Source: Pavona decussata (taxonomy: Eukaryota). Taken from it: DNA of 64,000 nt. This document shows, piece by piece, positions 1 through 11,225 of this stretch. The notes under the pieces were generated by a model. The model had not been told where the DNA came from and ran no database searches. It saw only the letters and a program-made list of their open reading frames with translations. The stretch lies in the NCBI GenBank assembly GCA_977016875.1, contig CDRNST010000058.1, positions 4,650,001 through 4,714,000 on the forward strand, written 5' to 3'. Position 1 is the stretch's first letter; every line of letters begins with the position of its first letter. Made by a program: the position numbers and the translations under genes.

Positions 1-90
1 TTTTTTCTGCGGAAACTAATTTTTGCGGATCGAGGCCAATCCGCAAAATTCGCAAAAATAAGAACCCGCAAAATTTTCATGCTACACGGT
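1..90. repeat. Right end of a truncated interspersed repeat or MITE
   Basis: Sub-terminal TTTTTGCGGA...TCCGCAAAA hairpin motifs ending in ...TGCTACACGGTA. The other end is outside the window. Confidence 0.4.
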
Positions 91-652
91 AGTGTTCTTC
101 TGGCTCAATTTGGACTTTGCCCAGGCATTTGCAGATAGTCATTTCTATGCCATGTTGTTTAACCGCTGCACACCATGCGACGTAGATCCGGCGGTTCCCT
201 ATGGAGTATACTTTTCTGGGCCACTTTTCTGTACCTTTACGAGTTGCTGGCTTGAGACCCATCTTGTGTTCCTCCACGCGTGACTTCTGGGATACCCTTG
301 TTATAACCTTGAAGCGCTCTTCATTACCCCGCCGCTTGTGCTCTTTGTAAATAATTAAAATACTTTCCTAGCTGCACGTGGGGTTATCTTTGCTCTTCTC
401 GACAATTTATTTTCCATGTGATTTACAACCGTTTTTTCCCGAAATAACTAATGAAACATTCGGAAACCGAACTCAATCGAATTAAATCGAACACATTCGG
501 ACGATTGAGTGCGATTGCAAATCGAACAAAAACGAACTAAAAAAAAGATTACCAATCAAACACGATGGAAAGTTCGATTTCCAAACTCTTGATTACTGTC
601 TCAGCTGAGAGTCTGCCCGTGCGTTACTTTTTCCACAGCGCTAATTGGCTAA

Positions 653-740
653 TACCCTGGGTGCCAGAGGTTAGAATTTTTCGTGAGATTGAGAGAGAGA
701 TACCTCCCGGTGGCGTCCTCTGCACTGGCACCCAGGTGTA
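653..740. mobile_element. 88-bp palindromic MITE with 9-bp target site duplication
   Basis: TACCCTGGGTGCCAGAGG at the left end pairs with CCTCTG..GGCACCCAGGTGTA at the right. ATTGGCTAA flanks both sides (644-652 and 741-749). Confidence 0.75.
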
Positions 741-1342
741 ATTGGCTAATTGTATAGTAGTTAACTTTTCAAGCTGGTTAGCACGTGGTAGTTTTAAAGC
801 TGGCTTGTTCGATTGATATTTTCTTCGATGTAGTTTTCCCGGGACTTGGTTATTTGCCTCATACGCTTTCTTGACTACTCTCAGTGACACCACAAAGGCG
901 CAGGGGAGTCAAATTTGAGTGTAATTTCGAATAAAATGACCGGGCGATTGCTGCGCAAATAGGATTGTGATTCAATTATATATTTACGTGACCCAACCAG
1001 TGAAGCGTCATCGCGTCTGTTAGGCCACTTATAGATCAATGACTGTGGGCGCATCTTTCGGCACTTCGTGCCTCGTTCGCGGCAAGTTGCCCTTTGGACA
1101 ACGATTATTTCGCCGTGGGCAACCGTTGTTGACTTTTGTCTTCGTGAGAAGCGTAACATGATCTCGCGACGTTTTGTTCACTTTCATTAATTTCAATATT
1201 TGACATATTTGTGTTTGCGCTGCCACTACTCGCTGAATTTAGCAGGATTTGACTCCTGTCTGCGCGCTGTAGTAATTAAGCTGACCAACAGTCGACAACA
1301 CGAGATTATCATCAAAGGCCCTCCGTTGCTCGCCTACAGTAC

Positions 1343-1759
1343 ATGTGTTCAGCTAAGGCCATGAATCTGCTTGTCATCTTAGCAGTCCTTTACTGTGTGA
1401 TTCCTGTCGCTGAGGAAGCTGTCCAACAGTGTGTCTTCTGTTCCGGCAGCGGCTGCCATGAAAGCACACCAAAGACTAAGTCGTGTAATGAGAAATGCTA
1501 CACGATTCTTTTGCGAAAGGATAGTCCAGACCAAAAAGACCCGTTTGTGGTGAAAGGATGCACTACCGACACCCTGTTTTATCGACGATCTTGTGTCAAC
1601 AGGTGTTACGACAAGAAGAAGGAGTTTGGCTCATCCATGTATTACATGTGTGTGTACTGCTGCACTGGAGACAAATGCAACACTTGTTCACGGATGAAGG
1701 GTGGTGTTGTCTTCGTTGTCGTGTCTGCTACTATCGCACTTTTCAAATCACGGTCTTAA
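1343..1759 (+). CDS. Ly6/uPAR (three-finger, quiver/sleepless-like) GPI-anchored protein, single coding exon
   Basis: Hydrophobic signal peptide (MNLLVILAVLYCVIPVAEEA), N-terminal CxxC, 12 Cys ending in the diagnostic CCxxDxCN (CCTGDKCN), hydrophobic C-terminal GPI-type tail, and AATAAA at 2093-2098. Confidence 0.88.
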   Translation: MCSAKAMNLLVILAVLYCVIPVAEEAVQQCVFCSGSGCHESTPKTKSCNEKCYTILLRKDSPDQKDPFVVKGCTTDTLFYRRSCVNRCYDKKKEFGSSMYYMCVYCCTGDKCNTCSRMKGGVVFVVVSATIALFKSRS

Positions 1760-2092
1760 TTTTTGAAGAGATGCAGCTAGCTGGCCACGGTCTTGAAAGG
1801 AGCTAAGGAAAAGTTGTAACTACCGACAAAGTCTTTAGTTTTTAGGATTCAGTTATATATTTGCTTGTCAATTTCATGTAGCACGAACAGAAAGACTCAC
1901 TCACTCGGGTTAAGTTCCGGCGCTCGCATTCCTTTCCTCACGATTAGTAAGTTGTATATCAGACTTGGTAGACTTGTAATTTGTATTAATCTAAAAGTCG
2001 TTCCATGTATGTAAATTTTGATCAGTTTGCGAAGAACGCCCGCTATCTTCTCTTTTGTTAGTAAGAAATCCTGCCTGTTGCACTTGAAACAA

Positions 2093-2098
2093 AATAAA
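2093..2098 (+). terminator. Candidate polyadenylation signal of the Ly6 gene
   Basis: AATAAA ~335 nt after the stop codon, followed by T/GT-rich sequence. Confidence 0.5.
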
Positions 2099-2862
2099 CC
2101 TTAGGTAGTTTATTTAGTTTTGGTCTTCCCCACGGTTTTCTTTAATGAAGTTGAATACCTGTTTTCATTCAAAACACTAAAGGCAGCTCAAAAATTCATC
2201 TTATCAGCGTACGTGTAACCTCAGAAGGCCCCGTCCGTAGCCATCCTAGCCTGCAGGGGGCGAAAGATTATGAGTCGAGTTTCATACTCTTACGTCTTCG
2301 TTCTAGCTTCGATCAGCTGATTCCCCTTCCATCTAAGTCGACGTTTCACAAATTTCAGTGACAGAAGAAGGCCTCTTTTTGTATCCTACAACATGTGCAC
2401 TTTTGTAATGGCTTGTCACGAAATCTGCACTTCACACTGAATGACCAGGCACAGAACTGAGCCGAAGTTGGGGATTAACTCATAGAATTGACTGACCCAT
2501 TGTTATCGACAGAAAGGTTTTGACACATTTTCCATTTGTGCTTTTTTTTTTTTTTTTCCGAGAAAGAGAAATTTTAAAATTCGGGTAAGAAAACTTTCTC
2601 GGAGACTCGGTTCTGTTTAGAGGTACTTGATTGCTGGCGAGCGTTAGCGAGACAGCACACTATTCTTGTCAATAGGGGAAAAAATCCAAAATTTTGTCGG
2701 ATGTAAGACTCGAAGCTTGCGCAGTAGAGCATTATCCGGGATGGTTGAGACGACAATCACGCGCAAATCACATGCCTGACATATAACCCGGGCTGCACAC
2801 CTCACTTTGCACTTGAGAATCGCACGCTGTCAGACGCTTTCGGTTACGAGGTGCAGTTGACA

Positions 2863-3181
2863 TTTGCTTTTGTAATCATTCATCAAGGTCACGAACGGAA
2901 AGATATCACTTTCCACGGGATTCATCATTGATCCTTTTCTTGACCTTGATGAATATTCACAAGCAAATGAAGACATCTAGCAAATAAAAATATTTAGAAA
3001 TACTTACCTATTTGTTTTATGGCAAATTCAACTGCGCCTCGAAACCGTCTGTGCGTAAGATCGTGGTAAAATTTTCCCGTGGAAAGTGATCTCAATTCTT
3101 AAGCGGTGGATCTATAAAAGCAGCCAAACACAAATTGATCTGTTTCCGTTCGTGACCTTGATGAATGATTACAAAAACAAA
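2863..3181. mobile_element. MITE-like element with ~39-bp inverted repeats
   Basis: TTTGCTTTTGTAATCATTCATCAAGGTCACGAACGGAAA (from 2863) is the near-perfect reverse complement of TTTCCGTTCGTGACCTTGATGAATGATTACAAAAACAAA (to 3181). Confidence 0.7.
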
Positions 3182-4319
3182 TAAAGACAGCAAATAGAAA
3201 AAATACCGTGGGGGCTAATAATTCAAAATCTGCGAACCACTCAACTGTGAAATCAAAGTACTCGTTGTACTTTCACACGAGTGAGCCCAACCATTCAAAA
3301 TCTGTGGAGTTTGTGCAGGATAATTCGACCGTTGAGTCATGCTCTTTCGGTCCGTAAGTGTGTCCGTTGAGGCAAAAGAATTGAAAACATGTCGATCGCT
3401 CGTCGAAGCGAACTGTGCAACTGTGAAATCAGATGATTGCTTCACTCTGAAATCAAACGACTCGTTGCACTTTCACTCGAGTTCTTTGCTCGTGGAGGCA
3501 AATAATTCAAAATCTGTGCCGTTTGGGGCGGCTGATCCGTCCACTTCACCAACACCCCCATCCCACGAAAAAGAAGCGTTTTCAACATTTCTTCCCCAAT
3601 GTGGGTTAAACAAATCACTAAACCTGCCATGACCCATTTTCAAAACAAATGCTTGCTGTAGTCATGATTTTTACAACTCATCCAACTGAAACCTACTCTC
3701 CCCACCCTCAAAGTCGGCCCCCTTTTCCAAACCCATTTACTGTTTAATTAAATCCCCACAACTTTATCCCCCTTCGCCAGCACCCACTTTCATATTGAAA
3801 TCACTAGTTTATATACTTATCGAGTGGACGTTCACTCGAGTGTAAACGCTGAACCCTTCAAATCGCTAAAATCGCCGTCTTCAACCTCAAGAACGACAAC
3901 ACACAACATTTAAAGTAAAATTACGTTTATTTTGACGTTAAATGAGAATATTTATCGCAACCTAGTACGATAATACGAGGATTTTCGACATTCCCATACA
4001 TTTCCTCTATAAATTCAAAATACAAACGGTCACACAGTTTGGGTGGGCTCCCTGTGATATTCACAGAAAGTTGAAGTACAGTGCAGTTCTCACCCGAAAG
4101 TAGCGAAGCTAATCAAGTCGGGTGGGAGCAAAAAGAATAAATGAAAGGAGACTAAAAATATTGAACACCACTACCACGATAACAGTGTAAATAACATCTC
4201 AAGATTGTCTTCATTTGGAGGTGATATCCTAAAGAAAAAATTTAAATAAGGGAATTTCCACGGGCGGCACGGAAAAACATGGTCTTTGTAGAACGGTATT
4301 GCCATGAGTTCTGATTTAA

Positions 4320-4971
4320 GGTGATTCCATCGAAAGAACGTTTGTAATGAGAATTTTTTGAAAATCTCTACAGATGTTAAGTCCATCTAGTACATCAGAA
4401 AAATAAAATAAAAAGAGGGGGTCACCGTCCTTGTTTTCACCCTAGAGGGCTGTAGTATCTCACTATTTTCTAGGCATGTGATATATTATTGTGGCATATT
4501 AAAGGAGCTAGTCTTCAGCGAGAAGTGCTTACTACTTCCAGAAAGTTAGTACTGACAATGAAATACTAGCATTTTTCTTTTAACAGTACTGTAACTTTGT
4601 AGTAAAACGACATAAAGTGGCTAAATAAATTAATCCCATAGCATAACAGGGGACATTCGAGCGGTTGTACGCTTCCCGCGAAACGTCCAAAATTGATCGT
4701 AGTAGTGATTTCACAATAATTTTTCGAAATTGAATAATGAAAAATTATTGAAACTGGGATATAACTTAGAGAGTCGTATTTTCTTTAATTTCGTTGAATA
4801 AAAAATGGGGGTCACCGTGATCGTTTAGAAGGAAAGGACCATTTATTTTCCTGCCGAGCTTAACCTCAAGGAAATCCCGCAATGTTGTGCGTGCGCGCGC
4901 TCGTGCGCGCGCTAAATGACGCGAAAAATTATGCGCAGCAAGGATGCGCAATGCAATTCAGTGGAATCACC
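4320..4971. mobile_element. Non-autonomous TTAA-target DNA transposon (Kolobok-like MITE)
   Basis: TTAA|GGTGATTCCA...TGGAATCACC|TTAA, giving RR..YY termini and a TTAA TSD. Internal repeated AAAAA..GGGGGTCACCG. Confidence 0.7.
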
Positions 4972-5097
4972 TTAATGGAAATGAAAGATGTCTTTTTTTT
5001 TTCACAGTTTAAAAACTTTGAAAAAAGGAAGAAAAAATAAACTGCTGACAATCACGTTCGCTGCTCAATTGTGTTCGAATGTCAATCGACACGTCCA

Positions 5098-5985
5098 CTA
5101 TGAGAACACGTTATTCTTAGGAACAGTAACTCGTTGCTCTGAAAACCAATTGGGATTTACAATAAAATAGTGTTTCCTTGTCTCTTGAGTCGGGTGGAAG
5201 AAACATGTATCTCGAACATAACGTACATGCTTTGCGTGCTTTGACAACAACGAGCTGGGCCTGGGCGCTACCCTCCTCAGTGTTTGTTCGTCTCCTTGGC
5301 TAAGTTGTGACACCATATCGTCCTTCAAACCTGATGCTGTTTGAAGCACATTTGGCAATTTCTGGGATTGTGCACCGCAAAATGAACCGACTAAACGTGA
5401 GGAAGGCGACTTCGAAACAACAGGGCGGTTGGCCTTGCTTGAGAAACTTGCGGATGAGGGATATTTGAACTGCACTCGCCTCGTAGAAGCCGATTCCCTG
5501 CGTACACTTTGTGCTGATGAAATCCCCAACATCTGCAACACCTGATCGTCTGCCAAATTCTCTCTTGGTGAGCCAATTTCTCTACGTATATCGCATTCGA
5601 GTGGTGGAGCGATCTTACTAAAAACGTCTGGAAGTCTTGGGCCGCTTTCGTTCCGTACGAGAAGCCTGTTGTGACCAAAATCCTTATCACCCTTATCCAC
5701 AGAAGCCTTTTCTTGCTCGTGGTACTTTTCTGTTTGCTGATCAGTGATATAGCTCGCCATTCGAGCGGCAAATGGCGGTCTTAAATAAGTCAGTCTGGTG
5801 CCTACTTCCGAGTCATATCGGACGGCTGCTGTCGGACGGCGAGGTTCGCACCAAGAATATTTAGGCACTTGACTGTATAACACAGGTCCTTCGGAGTCGC
5901 AGAACCTCGTGCTATATTCAGTGTGGAATGGTTTTGTGCGTAGCCTGTCGACGTAGGCATTATACCCTGGATACAATAGTTTCAT
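5098..5985 (-). CDS. Uncharacterised 295-aa basic, S/R/P-rich protein; paralogue 1 of a three-gene cluster
   Basis: Uninterrupted ATG-to-stop ORF. N-motif FHTEYSTRF and C-motif CFFHPTQETRKHYFIVNPNWFSEQRVTVPKNNVFS* are shared with the next two ORFs. Confidence 0.8.
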   Translation of the reverse strand: MKLLYPGYNAYVDRLRTKPFHTEYSTRFCDSEGPVLYSQVPKYSWCEPRRPTAAVRYDSEVGTRLTYLRPPFAARMASYITDQQTEKYHEQEKASVDKGDKDFGHNRLLVRNESGPRLPDVFSKIAPPLECDIRREIGSPRENLADDQVLQMLGISSAQSVRRESASTRRVQFKYPSSASFSSKANRPVVSKSPSSRLVGSFCGAQSQKLPNVLQTASGLKDDMVSQLSQGDEQTLRRVAPRPSSLLSKHAKHVRYVRDTCFFHPTQETRKHYFIVNPNWFSEQRVTVPKNNVFS

Positions 5986-6282
5986 CTTGGAAGATTTCGC
6001 GACAGTTCTATCACGGTATGGTTCTTTTCGTATACAGTTAAACTATCGTTATCATCAAGGCGCCACTACAGTGGCTGTGGTTAATGTCGGCGCTGAAATT
6101 CGTCGTTTTCTCTGCGTTCAGTATTTTTGATCGCACACAGAACTGAAAAAACTTTGGATTTCGTTTGACAAAAAATCGTACAACTTTCTCCCCGTTTTTA
6201 AGCCGGCTTAAAGAACTTGTTCATTCGAACCAGTTACTAACTCTATGGTGATTTCTAAATGTTTAAATTTCCAACGATTCAA

Positions 6283-6294
6283 GTTGCCATGGAC
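6283..6294. promoter_or_regulatory. Partial RFX X-box-like motif upstream of paralogue 1
   Basis: GTTGCCATGGAC, ~300 bp 5' of the ATG at 5985. Confidence 0.35.
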
Positions 6295-6848
6295 TCAGGC
6301 ACTGAGCCATGCCACTGGTAGCTGCTGCGTTAAATTTTTAATAAGAAGTGTCTAGGTTAACAATGCACACAGTGGGTCAGATGGTTTCGTTACCCACAAT
6401 TAATTCCAAACATCCACGAATTAAGTAAATACAGCAATCATTATTCTGGTAAAAAAATTCACACGGCGGTATAGCATGTTCCTTCACAAAGCAGTTTTCG
6501 TTGACAGTTTTCATCAGTCGATGTTGTTCAGTACTATAACAAGATTGGAAAAAGATGCTATACGAAGTCCATAACGTCCGCCTTATTTTACCTAACAATA
6601 ATAAAAATTTACGTATTTACAATTATTATATCTTAACTCACGTATTTTAATCGAACAAGGCATGCAGTTTAAATCCTTTCAGACGGAATAAAGTCTCCCA
6701 TTGTGCAATCCATCAACTTTCAAGTTATTTTTGTAACAAAGAATCTTCTGTGAGTGAGTATACTCCCGTGGTGGGAGGTAAACGGTGAAAACAGTATTGC
6801 TTATAATTATCTGCAATCGAGATCTTTCTATGACCTGAGTGTTTTAAG

Positions 6849-6862
6849 GTTACCAAGGTAAC
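6849..6862. promoter_or_regulatory. RFX X-box-like palindrome upstream of paralogue 1
   Basis: GTTACCAAGGTAAC matches GTTRCCATGGYAAC at 13 of 14 positions. Confidence 0.45.
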
Positions 6863-7240
6863 TGTAATTTCACCGAATTTTGACACTTGTTCAGCTCTTC
6901 ACTTGTTAAATTGCGGTTGAAAGTGTTTATTTTTGAAATAGATTAACTTTTATATTAAGTAACGAAGCCAAGAATATTAGGAAACTAAGCGATATTGTTA
7001 GTCTCACATATTTTACCTGTTTTAAAGAAATCTCAGCTCTCCCCATACTTCTAAACTATCTTTTCTTTAAACTTGCATTTTTTTTGAGAACACTGTTATT
7101 CTCTGAGGTGGCTTGAGTTTTTGATGCGCTTCTAACTTTTTGAACTTTTAGAATAATCGAAACTTAGTCGTATGCAAAAAAGTCACGAGTGGTTTTGGTT
7201 TTCATTGGCTCATAAAGAGGCCCGAGTATTATTAACAAAC

Positions 7241-7693
7241 TGATCACGGAGCGTAGTTAAGTGCAAAACCAAAGCAGTTATTTTTGGCACTCGATTGAAA
7301 ACAACTGTGATTATCGTATGAAACCCAACCATGGATTGAAGCTAAAATTATTGATCCACGGGAGACCGATGAAAGTCTTTTTACTATAGCTGTAAGGATC
7401 GGATGGGGGTAGCTCGGTTCGATATCAAGCATGTCTAAAAATGGTTACTCTTGTTTAAGTTCCTTTCATAGTAAATCTTAAATTAAACCCAATGTCTGGA
7501 AATAATGAAATGAAAAAAATACAGACGGATAGACGAAAAGTGTCGTCTGCATTATGCCGGTAAAATAGAACTTCAGGATCCATGTATTGTTTCAGCTAAA
7601 TCAGTCTTTATATGGTGACTAATAAATAGGTTTGTGGAGACTAGGGAAAACCCACGGCTGATCACGGAAGGAGGTAACTACGCTCCGTGATCA
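7241..7693. mobile_element. MITE with 19-bp perfect terminal inverted repeats
   Basis: TGATCACGGAGCGTAGTTA ... TAACTACGCTCCGTGATCA. TSD not resolved. Confidence 0.6.
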
Positions 7694-8750
7694 TACTAAA
7701 GGTCGTTAATTTTTTATCGCTTCTCTTTGGCCAGATTAGCACCGCTAACCTCAAAAACACTTTTCAGCTTCGCTACAGCTCAAAATCATTTCATGTTCAA
7801 GGACACTCTATACGATCAAATGTTACAAGCCATCTGGAAAAAAAATAAATGACAAATGTTCAAAATCTAGGAAATTTTCATTCCGGCCGAGCTTACAACC
7901 AAACATGAAGTGATACCAAGGACAGGTTAATCTTCTAATGGTAATAAAAGGCCCTTTGGCTCGGTAACACCACAGAATGCCCTGTCTGGGGATATTGTTA
8001 GAATGTCGGAAAGGTCGATGGCCTGGCACTGAATTGGTTGAACCGGATTATCGGTGATTCCGGCTAGAAAGAGGTACTGATATCTTGACACAACCGATCC
8101 ACGTAACTCAGTATGCATTTTTATTCACCAGCAAGGATATTTCGTTATGCTGTACTGGTAATAAGCGAGTACTTAAATAAAATTCCATTCCTGAACAAGC
8201 TGGTAAAAGAAAGCGATAAAACTTGCAAAACTTCCCACAATAATATAAGCAGCGATCATGATGGATTTCATTACGGACCAAAGCTCAACGATTTTCAGAT
8301 AATAGTTCAGTTTTTTACTCAGTTTACGCTGCTCTATTTACCACTCAGGGCTTCGGTAGTCAAGATGTTCGGGTTAATCCTGATATACCTACATGCGAAG
8401 CCTTTTTTTTAGGGCGACGCGTAAATTGTACATGGCAAGTACTACAGAAAAACAGTATATAACTAAGGCAGCTCAGATTTAATCGCTAACAGTAAGCCCG
8501 ATACCTCTTTCTGTCGTTAATAAAAGCTTCGTTGCAATGCATTGTAATTTGTTCATTCATGTTAAATAACATTATTTTACCGTCTTTGGTGTGCAGCCTT
8601 AAGTTTGTTAAGGATATTCATGAAGAAAATTAAAGTTTTCCATCATTGTTACGGTACCGGCATCAGGAGTGCGTGATGGCCCTCTGCCGGTCGTTAAAAA
8701 ATGTTGCGATAGAATTGTTTTGTCTCATCATGAATTCTTGACCTGCATTT

Positions 8751-9338
8751 TCAACCAAACAAAGTGTTTTTCCTGATAGAGTAATTCTTGCGTTCCGAAA
8801 CCCAGTCAGGACTTATAACAAAGAAGCTCCTGGTTGGTTCGTTAGCCGGGTGAAAGAAGCACTGTTTATCAATATAACGAAAGTCCTTTGGAAAACGAGA
8901 CAGCTCGCTCTGAGGTCTTCTTGCCACCAGACTCTGGGGCCGCCTTAACAAGTCTTCGGTACTTGGTCGTTCGGGCTTCGAAAGCGCCGATAGCGAACTC
9001 GCGGGTCTACGACCACTGCCTCGGCTTGAATGAGATAGATTACTACCAGGTCTTTGTATAGCACTTTTTGCTCTTGCAGTTGGTGATGGTTGCAGTCCTT
9101 GAAGATTTATTCTTGTAGGATATCCTCCTCTTTGGCGAAATGGCAGCTGAATCGCTCGTGATGTTTCCAGCTTCTGTGCCTCGTCCCATGCGCTCTTTGT
9201 CTTGAGTGCTGTAGGGATTCGGACGTTCTGTAGTGGGACACGCTCGCCGGTGAAACTTGTTGCGTATTCGCTTTTGAATTGGATCTTAGTGATAGTTTCC
9301 TGCAACAATCCCGGTGCATTTCCATATTGGGCCGGCAT
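8751..9338 (-). CDS. Uncharacterised 195-aa basic, S/R/P-rich protein; paralogue 2 of the cluster
   Basis: First ATG is at 9338 (MPAQY); the ORF-track start at 9413 is GTG. N-motif FKSEYATSF, C-motif CFFHPANEPTRSFFVISPDWVSERKNYSIRKNTLFG*, and internal RPxS repeats. Confidence 0.8.
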   Translation of the reverse strand: MPAQYGNAPGLLQETITKIQFKSEYATSFTGERVPLQNVRIPTALKTKSAWDEAQKLETSRAIQLPFRQRGGYPTRINLQGLQPSPTARAKSAIQRPGSNLSHSSRGSGRRPASSLSALSKPERPSTEDLLRRPQSLVARRPQSELSRFPKDFRYIDKQCFFHPANEPTRSFFVISPDWVSERKNYSIRKNTLFG

Positions 9339-9623
9339 GTTACAATCTTTCCGTTCCAAGACCAAACTGTAAAATATTTTCCCTTCGAGACCGGCCCGGG
9401 ATTCAGTATCCACAAAGCAATGAAATGGCCAGTGTAAAATAATGTCCCCAGACTACCTTATCGTCTGAACAGCTTACTTTCCTAACCACTGAAACCTATT
9501 CCTCACTCCACGAATGCTTCCCGAAGATCGATTTGAAGGATTTGTTTATGATAAATCCCACAGTTTTGGGACAGGGTCAATTGCTGTCCCGAGTTCGCGA
9601 AGCGATTTTTTGTTGCGTTACTT

Positions 9624-9638
9624 GTTGTCTATAGCAAC
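9624..9638. promoter_or_regulatory. RFX X-box-like motif upstream of paralogue 2
   Basis: GTTGTCTATAGCAAC, ~290 bp 5' of the ATG at 9338. Confidence 0.45.
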
Positions 9639-10871
9639 GGAGATCGTTTGCATATCGCATTAACTGTGCTAACAATTCGATTATTTCACTCTTTAGGCTC
9701 CATTGTTATGCAATTCTTTCCGTTTTGAAGGTAATTTAGGGAAGGGCTATTGTTTTGAAGCGTTATTGTTTTTACAAATCTCGAGAAAACCGCACTCAAG
9801 TTATAGGCCATTTTACAATAGTTAAGTGGATGTTTTAGCCACAATAACCACTTCCCCCTGCTCTGATCTTTCTGTCGTATCACTGCTAAATGTACCGGCA
9901 AGTTCATCAATGTCATTAAATCAGAAATTGGATTTTTTAAGATATTAAAAAAATGAACTGCATGTCACAAGAAAGTGCAACTCATTATTTTTATTGTCAC
10001 CACTGAAGAGGCAGCTACACTGATAGCGTACGCCTTCTGCTCCGGGGAGTGTAAACAATGGTGACGATTTTAGTATATATTTTAGCAGCTCCTTCATCTA
10101 GCAGTACGTAGTGTAAAGCTTCACATCACACGTGTTTCTACGATACCGTACTTAAAAGCTTACTTTACGTCATGATTGAAGTCGACCTTGAACTTGTCCG
10201 TTGCACTAATTAAGCATAATATGATCCTCAGTTCTAACTCGTCCACTCGGACTGTAAGAGATACTGCTTTCAGCAAGGTATGACGAAAGTCAGTCTAAAC
10301 TACATGTTAGTACCTTCCTCTCTAAAATTCAATTTGTTTGATTAAATTTAGATTTACGTGAATTGTTTTCTAAAACACAATATAGAAGTGCGGCTCTTCC
10401 GCCAGTTTCTGTGTGCAGCAAAACTCAGTCGTATGCTGTTAAGATTTGGACTGAATTTTACGAAAGAAAAAGGAGTCAGCGTTCAAAATTCACAGGAGTG
10501 CTCCGTCATTCAGCAGTGCAAAGTCAAGAATTCGTTTCGCAGTCCAGTCTCGATGAACAGTTCAATCTGAGCAGTCGATGAACACTTCAAAGCTCTTTAA
10601 AAATTCTACGAATCGTGAATAGCATGTACATATGAAATATGCCGCTCAACCAGTCGTAGTTCAGTTTTTGAGACAGATTTGTTTGCTGAAGTTTTTTCGG
10701 TGTGTTCGTCAATAAGCAATTAAATTAAATGTAAGTAAAAGATTAAGTTCGCGCTTTTCGACTAACAAAAACATCATTATAAACCATCCGACACCGTCAG
10801 AAATATTAACAATGAAATAATAAACCACTGCTATCAAATACAAAGAAAAGAGCGAGCTAACGTAGAAACCA

Positions 10872-11225
10872 TCAAGAAAAAGGATTGTTCTTTCGAACAT
10901 CTCGCTCAGACACCCAGTCCGGCCTCACTGTGAAATACGTCCGCCCCTCTTTGGCAATGCTGTAAAAGGCGTTGCTATGCAGAAACACGTAGTTTCCAAG
11001 TCCGCCAGATCTCGCAGCCGGCACGAACCCGGGCTGAAAGCTCTCTCGAGGCTGACCCCGCACATAATCGGGAGGGCGCCGGTACATGAAACTCGAGGCA
11101 AGCTTGATATTTGGTTGCACAAGTTTTACCTTTGGTGTGAAGCTGAAGCGGTATTCGGATCTTGAAGGATGTGTCTTGTTGACTGTCATGCACAGTAGTG
11201 GAGGTAGCTTTACTTTCTCAGGCAT
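10872..11225 (-). CDS. Uncharacterised 117-aa basic protein; paralogue 3 of the cluster
   Basis: First ATG is at 11225 (MPEKV); the ORF-track start is TTG. N-motif SRSEYRFSF and C-motif AFYSIAKEGRTYFTVRPDWVSERDVRKNNPFS*. Confidence 0.75.
   Translation of the reverse strand: MPEKVKLPPLLCMTVNKTHPSRSEYRFSFTPKVKLVQPNIKLASSFMYRRPPDYVRGQPRESFQPGFVPAARSGGLGNYVFLHSNAFYSIAKEGRTYFTVRPDWVSERDVRKNNPFS

Noticed and set aside
5391-5771. Alternative-frame and antisense ORFs overlapping real CDS (also 9107-9415, 20772-21041, 23346-23735, 39486-39776)
   Set aside because: They are shadow ORFs with no motifs or independent support.
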